DNA of 41,812 nucleotides from Candidatus Dojkabacteria bacterium (GTDB lineage: Bacteria > Patescibacteriota > Dojkabacteria > SC72), in the NCBI GenBank assembly GCA_040765985.1, contig JAXGRK010000011.1:1-41812 (forward strand). Reading direction: 5' to 3'. Under the pieces are notes generated by a model. It did not search any database. It was not told where the DNA came from and was given only the letters and a program-made list of their open reading frames with translations. Of this stretch, positions 1-9,480 are shown one piece after another; positions within the stretch are counted from its first letter, which is position 1, and each line of letters starts with the position of its first letter. The position numbers and the translations under genes are program-made.

Positions 1-808
1 ACAAGGGAATACATATTGGTCGATGTCTGTTATTTCAGGGAAAACATATATACACCCAATGTATATTTCTGAAGAGTTTTCTATAAATGATAATAACTTC
101 GAGGAGATGTATGATATCCCTCCCTTAGTACAAAGCAGAAACTCTGTTAGAGTTCCAATCCTTATGTATCACCATATAGTCAAGATGCCCAATAGCAATT
201 CCCCTTTTGTAACTGGTCTGTATGTTACTCCAGAAATTTTTGAGGAGCAACTCGCATATCTTGTTAAAAAGAATTACAAAAGTTTAACCTCCCAAGAGCT
301 TTACAACCTGTTAGCTAGTGGCAAAAACCCTTCTCAAAAGAGTGTAATGATTACTTTTGATGATAGTACAAAAGGACAGTATACCAACGCATATCCCCTT
401 CTGAAAAAATATGGATTAGTTGGTATCTTTTATGTAATAACCCAAAGGACGTCAATAACATATAATCAGCTAAGAGAGATGGCAAATAATGGAATGATTA
501 TAGAGTCTCACTCAGCAACACACCCTGATTTAGCAAAAGAAAGTAGCTCCAGTCGTCTATACTCTGAAATTGTAGGTAGTAGATATACATTAAAGAGTGT
601 AACAAATCAGCCCGTAATATCAATCGCGTATCCTGGATGTGTGGCTGATTCACAAGCTTACAGCTATGTCTCTCAAGCAGGATATCTAATTGGAGGAAGC
701 TGTGGAAGATCTATAGACCATTACTTATCAAAGAGATACTCCCTATCTAGAGTTCACGTATTTAACAGTTCAGATAATCTTAAAAATCTTCTTTCTGGTA
801 AATACTAG
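1..808 (+). CDS. Polysaccharide deacetylase (CE4/NodB family), possibly 5'-truncated by the window edge
   Basis: Motifs PILMYHHI, ITFDD, ESHSATHPDL, IAYPG. Frame is open from position 2 to the ATG at 23. Confidence 0.85.
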   Translation, partial: QGNTYWSMSVISGKTYIHPMYISEEFSINDNNFEEMYDIPPLVQSRNSVRVPILMYHHIVKMPNSNSPFVTGLYVTPEIFEEQLAYLVKKNYKSLTSQELYNLLASGKNPSQKSVMITFDDSTKGQYTNAYPLLKKYGLVGIFYVITQRTSITYNQLREMANNGMIIESHSATHPDLAKESSSSRLYSEIVGSRYTLKSVTNQPVISIAYPGCVADSQAYSYVSQAGYLIGGSCGRSIDHYLSKRYSLSRVHVFNSSDNLKNLLSGKY

Positions 809-855
809 GATATATCATATATACTATAAATATATAAATTGGAAGATTTATTTCT

Positions 856-1257
856 ATGCTTAAATATATATATCTATATGGAATTACTTTCGGTATTTTT
901 CTAATAGTTGATTTAATATGGTTAAACTTCATAGCCAAAAATCTTTACCAAAAAGAAATTGGAACACTCTTACTTAAAAGCCCTAATCTGCTCCCAGCTT
1001 TCCTCTTCTACGCTCTCTTTATCATTGCTCTGCTTGTATTAGTATTAATTCCAGGGATTCAAAGTAACTCATTAACAAAAACTCTTTTACTAGGAGCTGT
1101 ATTCGGATTTATAACCTATGCAACCTACGATCTAACCAACCTAGCTACTCTACAGGGATGGAGCATTAAAATGACTGTAATAGATTTAATATGGGGTACA
1201 TCAGTATCCACCTTTGTGACTTTTTGGGGGTATATAATTGGAAGTAAAATAGTATAA
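856..1257 (+). CDS. DUF2177-family membrane protein
   Basis: Four hydrophobic segments; DLIWL, YATYDLTNLATL and DLIWG motifs. Confidence 0.75.
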   Translation: MLKYIYLYGITFGIFLIVDLIWLNFIAKNLYQKEIGTLLLKSPNLLPAFLFYALFIIALLVLVLIPGIQSNSLTKTLLLGAVFGFITYATYDLTNLATLQGWSIKMTVIDLIWGTSVSTFVTFWGYIIGSKIV

Positions 1258-1259
1258 AT

Positions 1260-1538
1260 ATGGAAGAGGATAAAGCCAAAAATTTTGCTTACGGTTTAGC
1301 CATTACTTTAGGTACAATCACATTGGGCTTAATAAGCTATATTTTCTTTACATCAAATAATGTAATAATAAAAGAACCTTCTAGGTGTGAATATAGTGGA
1401 TGGGCATATGCAGACAAAGAGATATTCGACTCTTCTGATGGATGTAATATATGTTTTTGCCATTCGGGAGAAACCATTTGCTCGAAGAACGATTGTATTG
1501 AAAATACTTCAGAACAAGATGATATAACTAATGAGTAA
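1260..1538 (+). CDS. Small membrane-anchored protein with a 6-Cys pacifastin/VWC-like module
   Basis: N-terminal TM helix, then CEYSG...DGCNICFCHSGETICSKNDC. Confidence 0.6.
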   Translation: MEEDKAKNFAYGLAITLGTITLGLISYIFFTSNNVIIKEPSRCEYSGWAYADKEIFDSSDGCNICFCHSGETICSKNDCIENTSEQDDITNE

Positions 1539-1571
1539 TTTATATAATTTTTAATTTTTTAATATAAACAA

Positions 1572-2456
1572 ATGGAAGACAAACCAAATATTGAGCAAGT
1601 TAAGGAGCAAGCTCCTAGTGAAGTAGTCAGTACTCCAGCAGTATCAGAGAAGTCAGAAACAGTACAAACAACTACAGATACAACCAAAAAGAAACCAACA
1701 TTACTCCCTCTAATCTTTGTATTACTACTCTTAATTTTTCTAGTCGGTATCTACTACCTTGTCTTTGAATTAAATATTCTTGATAGATTTACAAACAACA
1801 ACTCTGACAACGATACTGTAAATACTCAACAGGAAGAAGATAATCAGGAGGAAGATGTGCAAGAAGACGAGAACCAACAACAAGATACCCCTCAACTGAC
1901 TCTTTTCCAAGGAAAGTTTGTTTCTACAAATCTTCCAGAGGGCTGGACCGTTGTAGAGTACTCTGACGGGGATGGTTCCGACATGTTAACGCCAGGCGTT
2001 GGCTATGTTGGTCTTACTGGGTTAAAGATATTTAAAGAAGAAACGGAGCTCTTTTTCATGCAAGCAGTATCTGGGTTGGGCTTCGCTGGGTGCCCTCAGT
2101 ATGCTAAATTCTCAGATGAAAATCCTGATTACTACGCACAAATATTAGAAGACAATGAAGTAAGCGGACAGACATTAACACTCTCGGATTACACAAATAC
2201 CAAATATGAAGAATTTAACTGGTTTAATACTCCCTTTAGAAGGATAAATACAAGTTATGTATACGATACAGAGTTAGGAAATTCATATTTTGAACCACCC
2301 TGTGTCCCAACTTTGGTATCATTTCCGAACGTTTTAGAGTACTACATGGATGGAGATACACATACTACTACCTTTGATTATGGTGTGATAGAAGGGGCTA
2401 CCGAAGCTGATCTCCTAGTCATAGATCAGATACTTTCAGATATGAAAGTTGTTTAA
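1572..2456 (+). CDS. Bitopic membrane protein with acidic linker and unknown extracellular domain
   Basis: KKK followed by one TM helix, an N/Q/E/D-rich linker and a globular domain with two Cys. Confidence 0.65.
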   Translation: MEDKPNIEQVKEQAPSEVVSTPAVSEKSETVQTTTDTTKKKPTLLPLIFVLLLLIFLVGIYYLVFELNILDRFTNNNSDNDTVNTQQEEDNQEEDVQEDENQQQDTPQLTLFQGKFVSTNLPEGWTVVEYSDGDGSDMLTPGVGYVGLTGLKIFKEETELFFMQAVSGLGFAGCPQYAKFSDENPDYYAQILEDNEVSGQTLTLSDYTNTKYEEFNWFNTPFRRINTSYVYDTELGNSYFEPPCVPTLVSFPNVLEYYMDGDTHTTTFDYGVIEGATEADLLVIDQILSDMKVV

Positions 2457-2475
2457 GACACAATTGGAATTCTGA

Positions 2476-2504
2476 TTGACAGCTACATGGTACAAATGTA
2501 TATT
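2476..2504 (+). promoter_or_regulatory. Sigma70-type promoter of the pilin operon
   Basis: TTGACA (2476-2481), 17 nt spacer, TATATT (2499-2504). Confidence 0.65.
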
Positions 2505-2537
2505 TAATATTGTATATAAATTTAATATTTTTTCTTT

Positions 2538-2987
2538 ATGAAAGGAAAAAAGTATCAAGGATTCTCTCTTATCGAGATCCTAGTAGTAGTAGCACTTATC
2601 GTAATCTTGGCTACTATCACAATTGTTGCAATTAACCCTGCAAAGAACTTTAGAGACACAAGAAATGCTCAAAGAAGTGCAGACGTTATGCAAATCCTTA
2701 ACGCTGTAACACAGTATACCTCAGAAGAGGGACATGCTATTGCAGATCTAGGAACAATTCCAACATGTCCAGAAACAGGTCCTGGAACAGGGATTATCGG
2801 GAATGGTGGAGGCAATATAAACTTGGCAGCGACATTGGTTGATGAGTATCTTGTAGCAATTCCACAAGACCCTTCTGATGGAACAGATGCAGATACTGGT
2901 TATACAATTTGCCAAACTGCTGGAGGAAGAGTTCAAATAGATGCTCCAGGAGCAGAAGCTGACAAAGAAATTAGTGTAAAGAGATAA
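2538..2987 (+). CDS. Type IV pilin, probable major pilin
   Basis: Class III signal KKYQG|FSLIE followed by a hydrophobic helix; first gene after a near-consensus promoter. Confidence 0.9.
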   Translation: MKGKKYQGFSLIEILVVVALIVILATITIVAINPAKNFRDTRNAQRSADVMQILNAVTQYTSEEGHAIADLGTIPTCPETGPGTGIIGNGGGNINLAATLVDEYLVAIPQDPSDGTDADTGYTICQTAGGRVQIDAPGAEADKEISVKR

Positions 2988-3045
2988 CTGCTGATTTAAA
3001 TATATATAAGTGAATATCAGATAGCTCGAAGCTATCCGTACTGCC

Positions 3046-4494
3046 ATGGTAGAGCTTTTAAAACTTACAGACGATGTAATTAAAAGGAGAATAAATGTAT
3101 CTAACTTTCTAGATGCATTAATTTTGGATGCTTTAAGAAAAAAGGCTTCTGATATTCACGTTGAGGCAAAAGATGGTAATACACTCCTAGTAAGATACAG
3201 AATAGACGGAGTGTTACGAGATATCATCCCCATTGGACCTGAAATAAAAGACAGTCTTCTTTTCATCATAAAAGTTAGGTCTAAACTTAGAACCGATGTC
3301 CACTTTGCCCCACAGGATGGGAAAATACTCTTTACCGTTAAGAAAGAAGCTATCGACCCAACCCCTACTCCTGTTGAAGAGGAAAAGGAAGAAGAGAAAA
3401 AAGGCAAGGGAGATGAAGAGAAATCCAAGAAAGAGGAAGTTAAAAAGGCAGAGGAAGTGAAAGAGGAGAAGAAGGAGAAGAAGAACAAAAACAACGAAGA
3501 AGAAAATCCAATAAAAAACATGATAGAAAAACTCTCTCTATCTGGTGAGAAAGAAAAAGATTTCTATCACGTTGATGCAAGAATATCTATTCTCCCTGTC
3601 ACCCATGGGGAAAATATAGTAATTAGGTTACTCTCTCAAGCAAATCGTGCATACGGTTTACCAGATCTTGGATTTGAAGAAGAAGACTTAATTAAGCTCG
3701 AAAAAGCATATAAACAACCATTTGGCCTTTTTCTTGTTACTGGCCCAACAGGTAGTGGAAAAACAACTACACTCTACTCCATACTTAAGATATTAAATAC
3801 CAGGGATGTAAATATAACGACCATTGAAGACCCTGTTGAGTATAGTATAGATGGAGTAAACCATATTCAAATCAATCCTAAAGGAGATTTAACTTTTGCA
3901 AATGGATTAAGATCAATCTTAAGACAAGATCCTAATGTAATAATGGTAGGAGAGATTAGAGATAAAGAAACTGCAAGAATTACTGTAAACTCAGCTTTAA
4001 CAGGTCACTTAGTTCTCTCTACTGTACACGCTAACGATGCAGTAAGTACAATACCAAGATTGATAGATATGGGAATTGAACCATTTTTAGTTGCATCTAC
4101 TCTTAATATTGTTATTACCCAAAGACTAGCTAGAAGGTTATGTCCCAATTGTAAAAAGGAGTACTCTCCAAGTAGAGATGTAGCTCATAAAGAAATGATT
4201 AAACTAAGACCTGATATTCAAAAACATTTAGCAAATATTTCAAAAATGTACAAAGCTGTTGGATGTAAAGAATGTAACAATACAGGATACTCGGGAAGAA
4301 TTGGAATATACGAAATCCTTTCAATGACAAAAGCTGTAAGAGATGTCATTATCAGCAACCCAAACTCAGACGATATCCTTGCTGTTGCTAAAAAAGGAGG
4401 CTTTAGATTAATGATCGAAGATGGTGTTAAGAAATTAAAAAATGGAGATATTGATATTAAAGAATTAGCTAGAGTTATTGCAATAAAAGAGTAA
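3046..4494 (+). CDS. pilB: Type IV pilus assembly ATPase, PilB/GspE family
   Basis: ASDIHVE, RYRIDG, Walker A GPTGSGKTTT, TIEDPVE, LRQDPNVIMVGEIRD, CPNC/CKEC zinc site. Confidence 0.93.
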   Translation: MVELLKLTDDVIKRRINVSNFLDALILDALRKKASDIHVEAKDGNTLLVRYRIDGVLRDIIPIGPEIKDSLLFIIKVRSKLRTDVHFAPQDGKILFTVKKEAIDPTPTPVEEEKEEEKKGKGDEEKSKKEEVKKAEEVKEEKKEKKNKNNEEENPIKNMIEKLSLSGEKEKDFYHVDARISILPVTHGENIVIRLLSQANRAYGLPDLGFEEEDLIKLEKAYKQPFGLFLVTGPTGSGKTTTLYSILKILNTRDVNITTIEDPVEYSIDGVNHIQINPKGDLTFANGLRSILRQDPNVIMVGEIRDKETARITVNSALTGHLVLSTVHANDAVSTIPRLIDMGIEPFLVASTLNIVITQRLARRLCPNCKKEYSPSRDVAHKEMIKLRPDIQKHLANISKMYKAVGCKECNNTGYSGRIGIYEILSMTKAVRDVIISNPNSDDILAVAKKGGFRLMIEDGVKKLKNGDIDIKELARVIAIKE

Positions 4495-5597
4495 TGGAGA
4501 AAAAAACTGGAGACAAAAAACAATCAAGGGAAGAAGAATTCAAGAAATTAAAGAGGATAAAAGTGTCTACCTCAAATCTACTAATATCTATTAAATCCTT
4601 TTCTGCCCTACTTAAGGCAAGTATCCCTTTATCTGAAGCAGTAAAAACTATTGCAGAGCAATCTAGTGATCCCAATTTAAATAGAATATACAAATATGTA
4701 GGAGAAGAGGTAGATAAAGGGCTTACGATGGCACAAGCTATGAGACTTTTTCCGAAAGTATTTCCAGAAACCGTTTCAGCTGTAGTTGAAGCTGGAGAGT
4801 TAGGTGGCTCGTTAGAAACAAACCTTATGTTTATAGCGGAGACAATAAAGAAAGAGTGGGAATTAAAAAAGAAATTAAAGGGAGCAATAATATACCCAAT
4901 TATTATCATTAGTATGACTGCCTTTATGTTTTTAGGTATGATCTTTATTGTTTTCCCAAAATTAGAAGTTCTCTTTGAAGCCTTTGAGAATGTCCCCGCT
5001 ACTACCAAATTCATTATCAATACTGCAACCAGTATTAGAACATATTGGTATGTATTACTTGGAGGTATTATCTTACTGATAGGGGGCATAATGCTTTACT
5101 TAAGAACAAAATCTGGTAAAAGATTTTCTGGATGGTTAGCCTTAAATTTCCCGATCTTAAAGAAGCTTTTTAAAAGTAATATCCTAGCATCATTCTCAAG
5201 AACCTTAAGTGTCCTTTTAACAAGTGGAATACCATTAACTAAGTCTCTAGAAATCTCTACATCAACAACAAGTAATAGTAGATACTCTGAAGTATTACAA
5301 AAGGTTTGTGCCACTATTGAGAACGGGAAAGACCTCTCTATTTCTCTATCAGAATACCCTGAATTTTTTAATTCCTCCTATGTAAAAATGATTGATGTAG
5401 GAGAGATTAGTGGTACCCTAGAAGACAATTTAATGTACTTACATGAGTATTACTCAGATGAAGTAACTGAGATGAGTAACAACATAGTTACTTTCATAGA
5501 ACCCCTACTTCTGATTTTAGTTGGAGCAGTAATTGGTCTTTTAGGAGTAACAATCCTTCTTCCAATTTATCAACTAATGGGAACAATAAATGGTTAA
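4494..5597 (+). CDS. pilC: Pilus platform protein, PilC/GspF family
   Basis: Two T2SSF repeats (EAGELGGSLE, DVGEISGTLE), IIYP and IEPLLLILVG...LPIY motifs. Confidence 0.92.
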   Translation: MEKKTGDKKQSREEEFKKLKRIKVSTSNLLISIKSFSALLKASIPLSEAVKTIAEQSSDPNLNRIYKYVGEEVDKGLTMAQAMRLFPKVFPETVSAVVEAGELGGSLETNLMFIAETIKKEWELKKKLKGAIIYPIIIISMTAFMFLGMIFIVFPKLEVLFEAFENVPATTKFIINTATSIRTYWYVLLGGIILLIGGIMLYLRTKSGKRFSGWLALNFPILKKLFKSNILASFSRTLSVLLTSGIPLTKSLEISTSTTSNSRYSEVLQKVCATIENGKDLSISLSEYPEFFNSSYVKMIDVGEISGTLEDNLMYLHEYYSDEVTEMSNNIVTFIEPLLLILVGAVIGLLGVTILLPIYQLMGTING

Positions 5598-6048
5598 TAA
5601 TATCAAAGAGAAAAAGTTAAAAGGTTTTTCATTACTCGAAATAATTGTAACTTTGGGTATTATGATGCTTTTTGCTGGAATAGTTTTTCCTGTTGGTGTA
5701 AATAAAAGTCAAAAAACAAAATTAGAAAGCTACGCTTCACAACTTGTAACAGACATATACTATCAACAGCAGAGAAGTTCGTATAAAAACATATCATCTG
5801 GTGTCTCTTTGGGTGTTAATTCATATATTCTTTTTGATGGAGATTCTCTTTCTACTGCAACATATACAGAAGTAAAACAATTCCCTTCCAATACTCGTAT
5901 AACCTCAATTGCCTTGACTGCGTCAAATGAGATACTTTTTTCTGCTGGAGAATTTAAACCCACAGTGTATGGTACATTAGTTTTAACAGATGGAACAAAT
6001 ACTGTTGAGGTATATATAAATAGAGAGGGGTTAGTAGGATATGAATAA
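5590..6048 (+). CDS. Minor pilin (FimT/GspH-like)
   Basis: KLKG|FSLLE prepilin motif. Confidence 0.85.
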   Translation: MVNNIKEKKLKGFSLLEIIVTLGIMMLFAGIVFPVGVNKSQKTKLESYASQLVTDIYYQQQRSSYKNISSGVSLGVNSYILFDGDSLSTATYTEVKQFPSNTRITSIALTASNEILFSAGEFKPTVYGTLVLTDGTNTVEVYINREGLVGYE

Positions 6049-7981
6049 ACAAAAGAAAGGATTAAAAGGTTTTAGTCTTGCTGAGTTAATACTGGCAATA
6101 GGAATATTTTCGGCTATGTCGTCATTTTTAGTTCTTTTAGTAATTGACACTAGAAGAACAATAGAGAACGCAAATACAAGAATAAGGGCTACTCAGCTTG
6201 TAGAAGAGGTCTACAACTCTATACTAATCTTAAAACAAGATGCTTGGTATAACATAGCAAGACATACAGAAGATGGTGAGAAACATCTTGAACTAGTCTC
6301 TGGTGCTTTTCAGGTAGTAGATGGAAGAAGGGTCGTAGATAGTATGGAGTACTATTTTACAGTAGGAGGTGTCATGAGAAATTCTTCAAAAGAGATTGTA
6401 CAAGAAGGCGGTACTCTTGACCCACACTCCAGATTAATATCTATTCACATCTCTTGGACAGATAGATTAAAACATACAAATACCTTAAACCCCACATTGT
6501 ATATAAATGACTGGAACACGAACTCAATTGTGTATACTACGAAGGAGGATTTTCAAGCTGGAGAACACAACTACACGGTTGCAGTTGATACCCTAGGGGG
6601 AGAAACTAGATTACAATCAAGATATTACAGTAATTGGTGTAAACCTGAGTCTTCAATTAACAATTATGATATCCCGGGAGAGGCAACACCAAGATCGGTA
6701 TTCTCAGTACTTGGTTCTTCATATCTTGGGACAAGAGGCTCTCCAACAGGACAACCTTTTACAAAACTTTTGATTGAAGGAGTAACCCCTCCAATTTTAA
6801 CTGTAGAAGGTTATTTCTCTGGATACAATATCAATGATATCTTTGTAAAAGACAATTATGCATTTTTAGCAACAACAGATGATAATAAAGAGGTTGTAAT
6901 ATTGGATATGTCATCTTTGCCATATACTGAGATTGGATACTTCAATGCCTCGGGTTCAGACGATGGATTTACTGTATTTGTTGATGGGAATGTAGGATAT
7001 CTTGGACAAGGAAGATATGTTCGTTCCTTCAACCTATCAAGTTATACAGGATCACGTTCTCAGATTGGGTACAAAGATTTAAGTAGTATCCTTTTCAGAT
7101 GGGTGGCAAATGTAAGTCAGATTTACGCTAAAAATGGATATCTTTATGCCGTACTCAACTGGGACTGGTATGAACTCGCAATTGTTAATATCTCTAATCC
7201 CGCGAATATGGTTATTACCTCTCAAACATCAGTAAATAACCAACAGGTGTATGATATGCAAATCTCGGAAGATGCTACAAGAGCCTATTTTGGTACAACT
7301 GCATCAAGTAGTGAAAGAGAGTTGTTTATAATTAATACCTCATCAAAGAGTGGTAGTAGACCGATTATTGCTTCAATTGAGATGGATGGAACTACTATTC
7401 AAGGAATATCTGTTGTTGAAGATGGTAAAATATTAATAGCCGTAGGAACAGGTGGAGAGGAATATAAAGTTTACAACATTACCAATGAAGCGAGTCCTCA
7501 ATATTGTGGAGGTATGAATATTAATACCGGTATATATGATATTGACTCGATTAGGGATTCTCAAACTAATGCATTTTCATATATTGTCACTGGAGATACT
7601 GATTCTGAGTTTAAAATAATTAGAGGTGGACTGGGTGGAGGTGGTCCTGATGGTTATGGATATTATGAAGATGGAGTTCATACTTCTGCTATATATGATA
7701 CTAATTCAACCTCTTCTGAATATTATGTATTAGCAACAAATGGGAATATTCCACCAAATACTAGTATGAAAGTACAACTTAGGGTTAGTAATAGTTCTAA
7801 TATGAGTGGTGCAGTGTGGATAGGACCCGATGGAACATCTTCAACATATTTTGATGGGATATCAACCTTTGATTTGCCGATTGGGTTAATTGGAAGATAT
7901 ATACAATACAGAGTATTTTTTGAGTCTGACACTGTGTCAACTCCTTTACTTGAAGAACTAATAATTAATTATGAAAAATAG
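6041..7981 (+). CDS. Large minor pilin with LVIVD-like beta-propeller repeats; putative adhesin
   Basis: LKG|FSLAE motif, 646 aa, repeats such as DIFVKDNYAFLA...VVILDMS and QIYAKNGYLYAV...LAIVNISNP. Confidence 0.8.
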   Translation: MNKQKKGLKGFSLAELILAIGIFSAMSSFLVLLVIDTRRTIENANTRIRATQLVEEVYNSILILKQDAWYNIARHTEDGEKHLELVSGAFQVVDGRRVVDSMEYYFTVGGVMRNSSKEIVQEGGTLDPHSRLISIHISWTDRLKHTNTLNPTLYINDWNTNSIVYTTKEDFQAGEHNYTVAVDTLGGETRLQSRYYSNWCKPESSINNYDIPGEATPRSVFSVLGSSYLGTRGSPTGQPFTKLLIEGVTPPILTVEGYFSGYNINDIFVKDNYAFLATTDDNKEVVILDMSSLPYTEIGYFNASGSDDGFTVFVDGNVGYLGQGRYVRSFNLSSYTGSRSQIGYKDLSSILFRWVANVSQIYAKNGYLYAVLNWDWYELAIVNISNPANMVITSQTSVNNQQVYDMQISEDATRAYFGTTASSSERELFIINTSSKSGSRPIIASIEMDGTTIQGISVVEDGKILIAVGTGGEEYKVYNITNEASPQYCGGMNINTGIYDIDSIRDSQTNAFSYIVTGDTDSEFKIIRGGLGGGGPDGYGYYEDGVHTSAIYDTNSTSSEYYVLATNGNIPPNTSMKVQLRVSNSSNMSGAVWIGPDGTSSTYFDGISTFDLPIGLIGRYIQYRVFFESDTVSTPLLEELIINYEK

Positions 7982-8444
7982 ATTAAAAGGAGTAACGCTA
8001 ATTGAAACTATGTTGTACATAGGGATCTTTTCAATAATAATCGTAATTATTATCAATTTCATGCTTTCTACCCAAGAAGCAACAAGAACAAATGACATTG
8101 AATCATCCTTACAAAGGAGCTCGTCCTTTATCTCTCAACACTTAAATTCCTCCTTTAAAAAAGTAAAATCAATAGATGAAGTTAATAGCATATTTAATAA
8201 TGATCAGGGGAGACTAAGTATTGTGTTCTCAACTGGAAATAAAGAATATTCGCTTACAAACTCAAAACTTATGTTTGATGCAGAGCAGATTACACCAAAC
8301 AATCTTTTAATTAGAGTTTTTAATATAACTCCAATATATAAAAGTCCGGGGTCTATTATTGGGATAAATATATCAATCACGATTGAATCCAAGATTGACT
8401 CTTCCCGTTCTCAAACATCTAATCTGTTATACTTAGTACAGTGA
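7971..8444 (+). CDS. Minor pilin (PilW/GspJ-like)
   Basis: RLKG|VTLIE prepilin motif. Confidence 0.8.
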   Translation: MKNRLKGVTLIETMLYIGIFSIIIVIIINFMLSTQEATRTNDIESSLQRSSSFISQHLNSSFKKVKSIDEVNSIFNNDQGRLSIVFSTGNKEYSLTNSKLMFDAEQITPNNLLIRVFNITPIYKSPGSIIGINISITIESKIDSSRSQTSNLLYLVQ

Positions 8445-8821
8445 GGAATCATGGATATATAGCATTAACAACCGTTTTAGTAATACTACCCCTACTCCTA
8501 ATTACAGGAATAAACTCGTTATATAATAACACCACCTCATTAATAGTTGGGAAAATGAACTATGACTATCAAATACTTAGAAGTAACTCTGAAACATGTT
8601 TAGAAGAAGCAGTATACAAAATTAAAAGAGGTGGAACATATACTGGTACTTTTACCCTCTCAATGGATAATTGGTCTTGTGATGTAGTCGTTTCTGACAA
8701 AGTAGGTTTTCCAGGAATAAAGATAATTGAAATTAATTCATCTGATTCAAACAGTGTTAAGTTTAGTACCACTAAAGAATTAAATATAAATGTAGATCCC
8801 TTTGAAATCTCAAATACTTAA
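8441..8821 (+). CDS. Minor pilin (PilX/GspK-like)
   Basis: NHG|YIALT, lacking Glu5 as is typical of PilX/GspK; GTG start overlaps the previous stop. Confidence 0.7.
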   Translation: MRNHGYIALTTVLVILPLLLITGINSLYNNTTSLIVGKMNYDYQILRSNSETCLEEAVYKIKRGGTYTGTFTLSMDNWSCDVVVSDKVGFPGIKIIEINSSDSNSVKFSTTKELNINVDPFEISNT

Positions 8822-9398
8822 AACAAAGTGTAATACCACAGAAAAGATTTTTATCTCCTTTCTTGGAATCTCAATACTTTCCCTCTATGTAAAGGTCCTG
8901 CTCTACTCTAATTTTTCCATATTAAATATTGGGGTGTTTTTAATAGGCACAATAATATTTTCTTCTTTAGTATTTCTCGCATACATTGATTTAAAAATAA
9001 TGGAAGTTCACAATTTAACATCATTAATTTTGTTTTTTTTTCTCTCGGTGTTAAATATTGTTCTTTTTTTAATAAAGAGGGATATAACATTAACAAATGG
9101 GTGGCAATATATTGCATACAACAATATCTTTGCTGCATTAATCTTAGGAAGTATTTCTCAATTAATTGTATTAACCTCTAAAGAAAAAGCCCTAGGTCAG
9201 GGAGATGTTAGAATGCTTTTGATAGCTGGCCTGCTAGTGGGTAAAACAAACCTAATGATATGGGGATATTTAACTGTGTTTAGTGCACTTGCATATGGAG
9301 TTGTAATTGGATTAAGGAAGAAAAAATTTAAAAATGTAAAAATTCCTCTACTCCCCTTTATTGTTTTATCAATAATTATTACCCTTCTCTTCCTTTAA
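8802..9398 (+). CDS. Prepilin peptidase (A24 family), peptidase domain only
   Basis: Two catalytic Asp motifs, AYIDLK and LGQGDVR; C-terminal IPLLPF; multi-TM. Confidence 0.85.
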   Translation: MKSQILKTKCNTTEKIFISFLGISILSLYVKVLLYSNFSILNIGVFLIGTIIFSSLVFLAYIDLKIMEVHNLTSLILFFFLSVLNIVLFLIKRDITLTNGWQYIAYNNIFAALILGSISQLIVLTSKEKALGQGDVRMLLIAGLLVGKTNLMIWGYLTVFSALAYGVVIGLRKKKFKNVKIPLLPFIVLSIIITLLFL

Positions 9399-9421
9399 AA
9401 TCTAAACTTTAGAGAGCCCTA

Positions 9422-9450
9422 TTGCATACTTAAATATTAAGTGTTACATT
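9422..9450 (+). promoter_or_regulatory. Sigma70-type promoter of glnA with a palindrome in the spacer
   Basis: TTGCAT, 17 nt, TACATT with TGn extension; ACTTAA-ATA-TTAAGT at 9428-9442. Confidence 0.5.
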
Positions 9451-9480
9451 TTAAGGTTTATTTTTTACCAATTAATCCTT

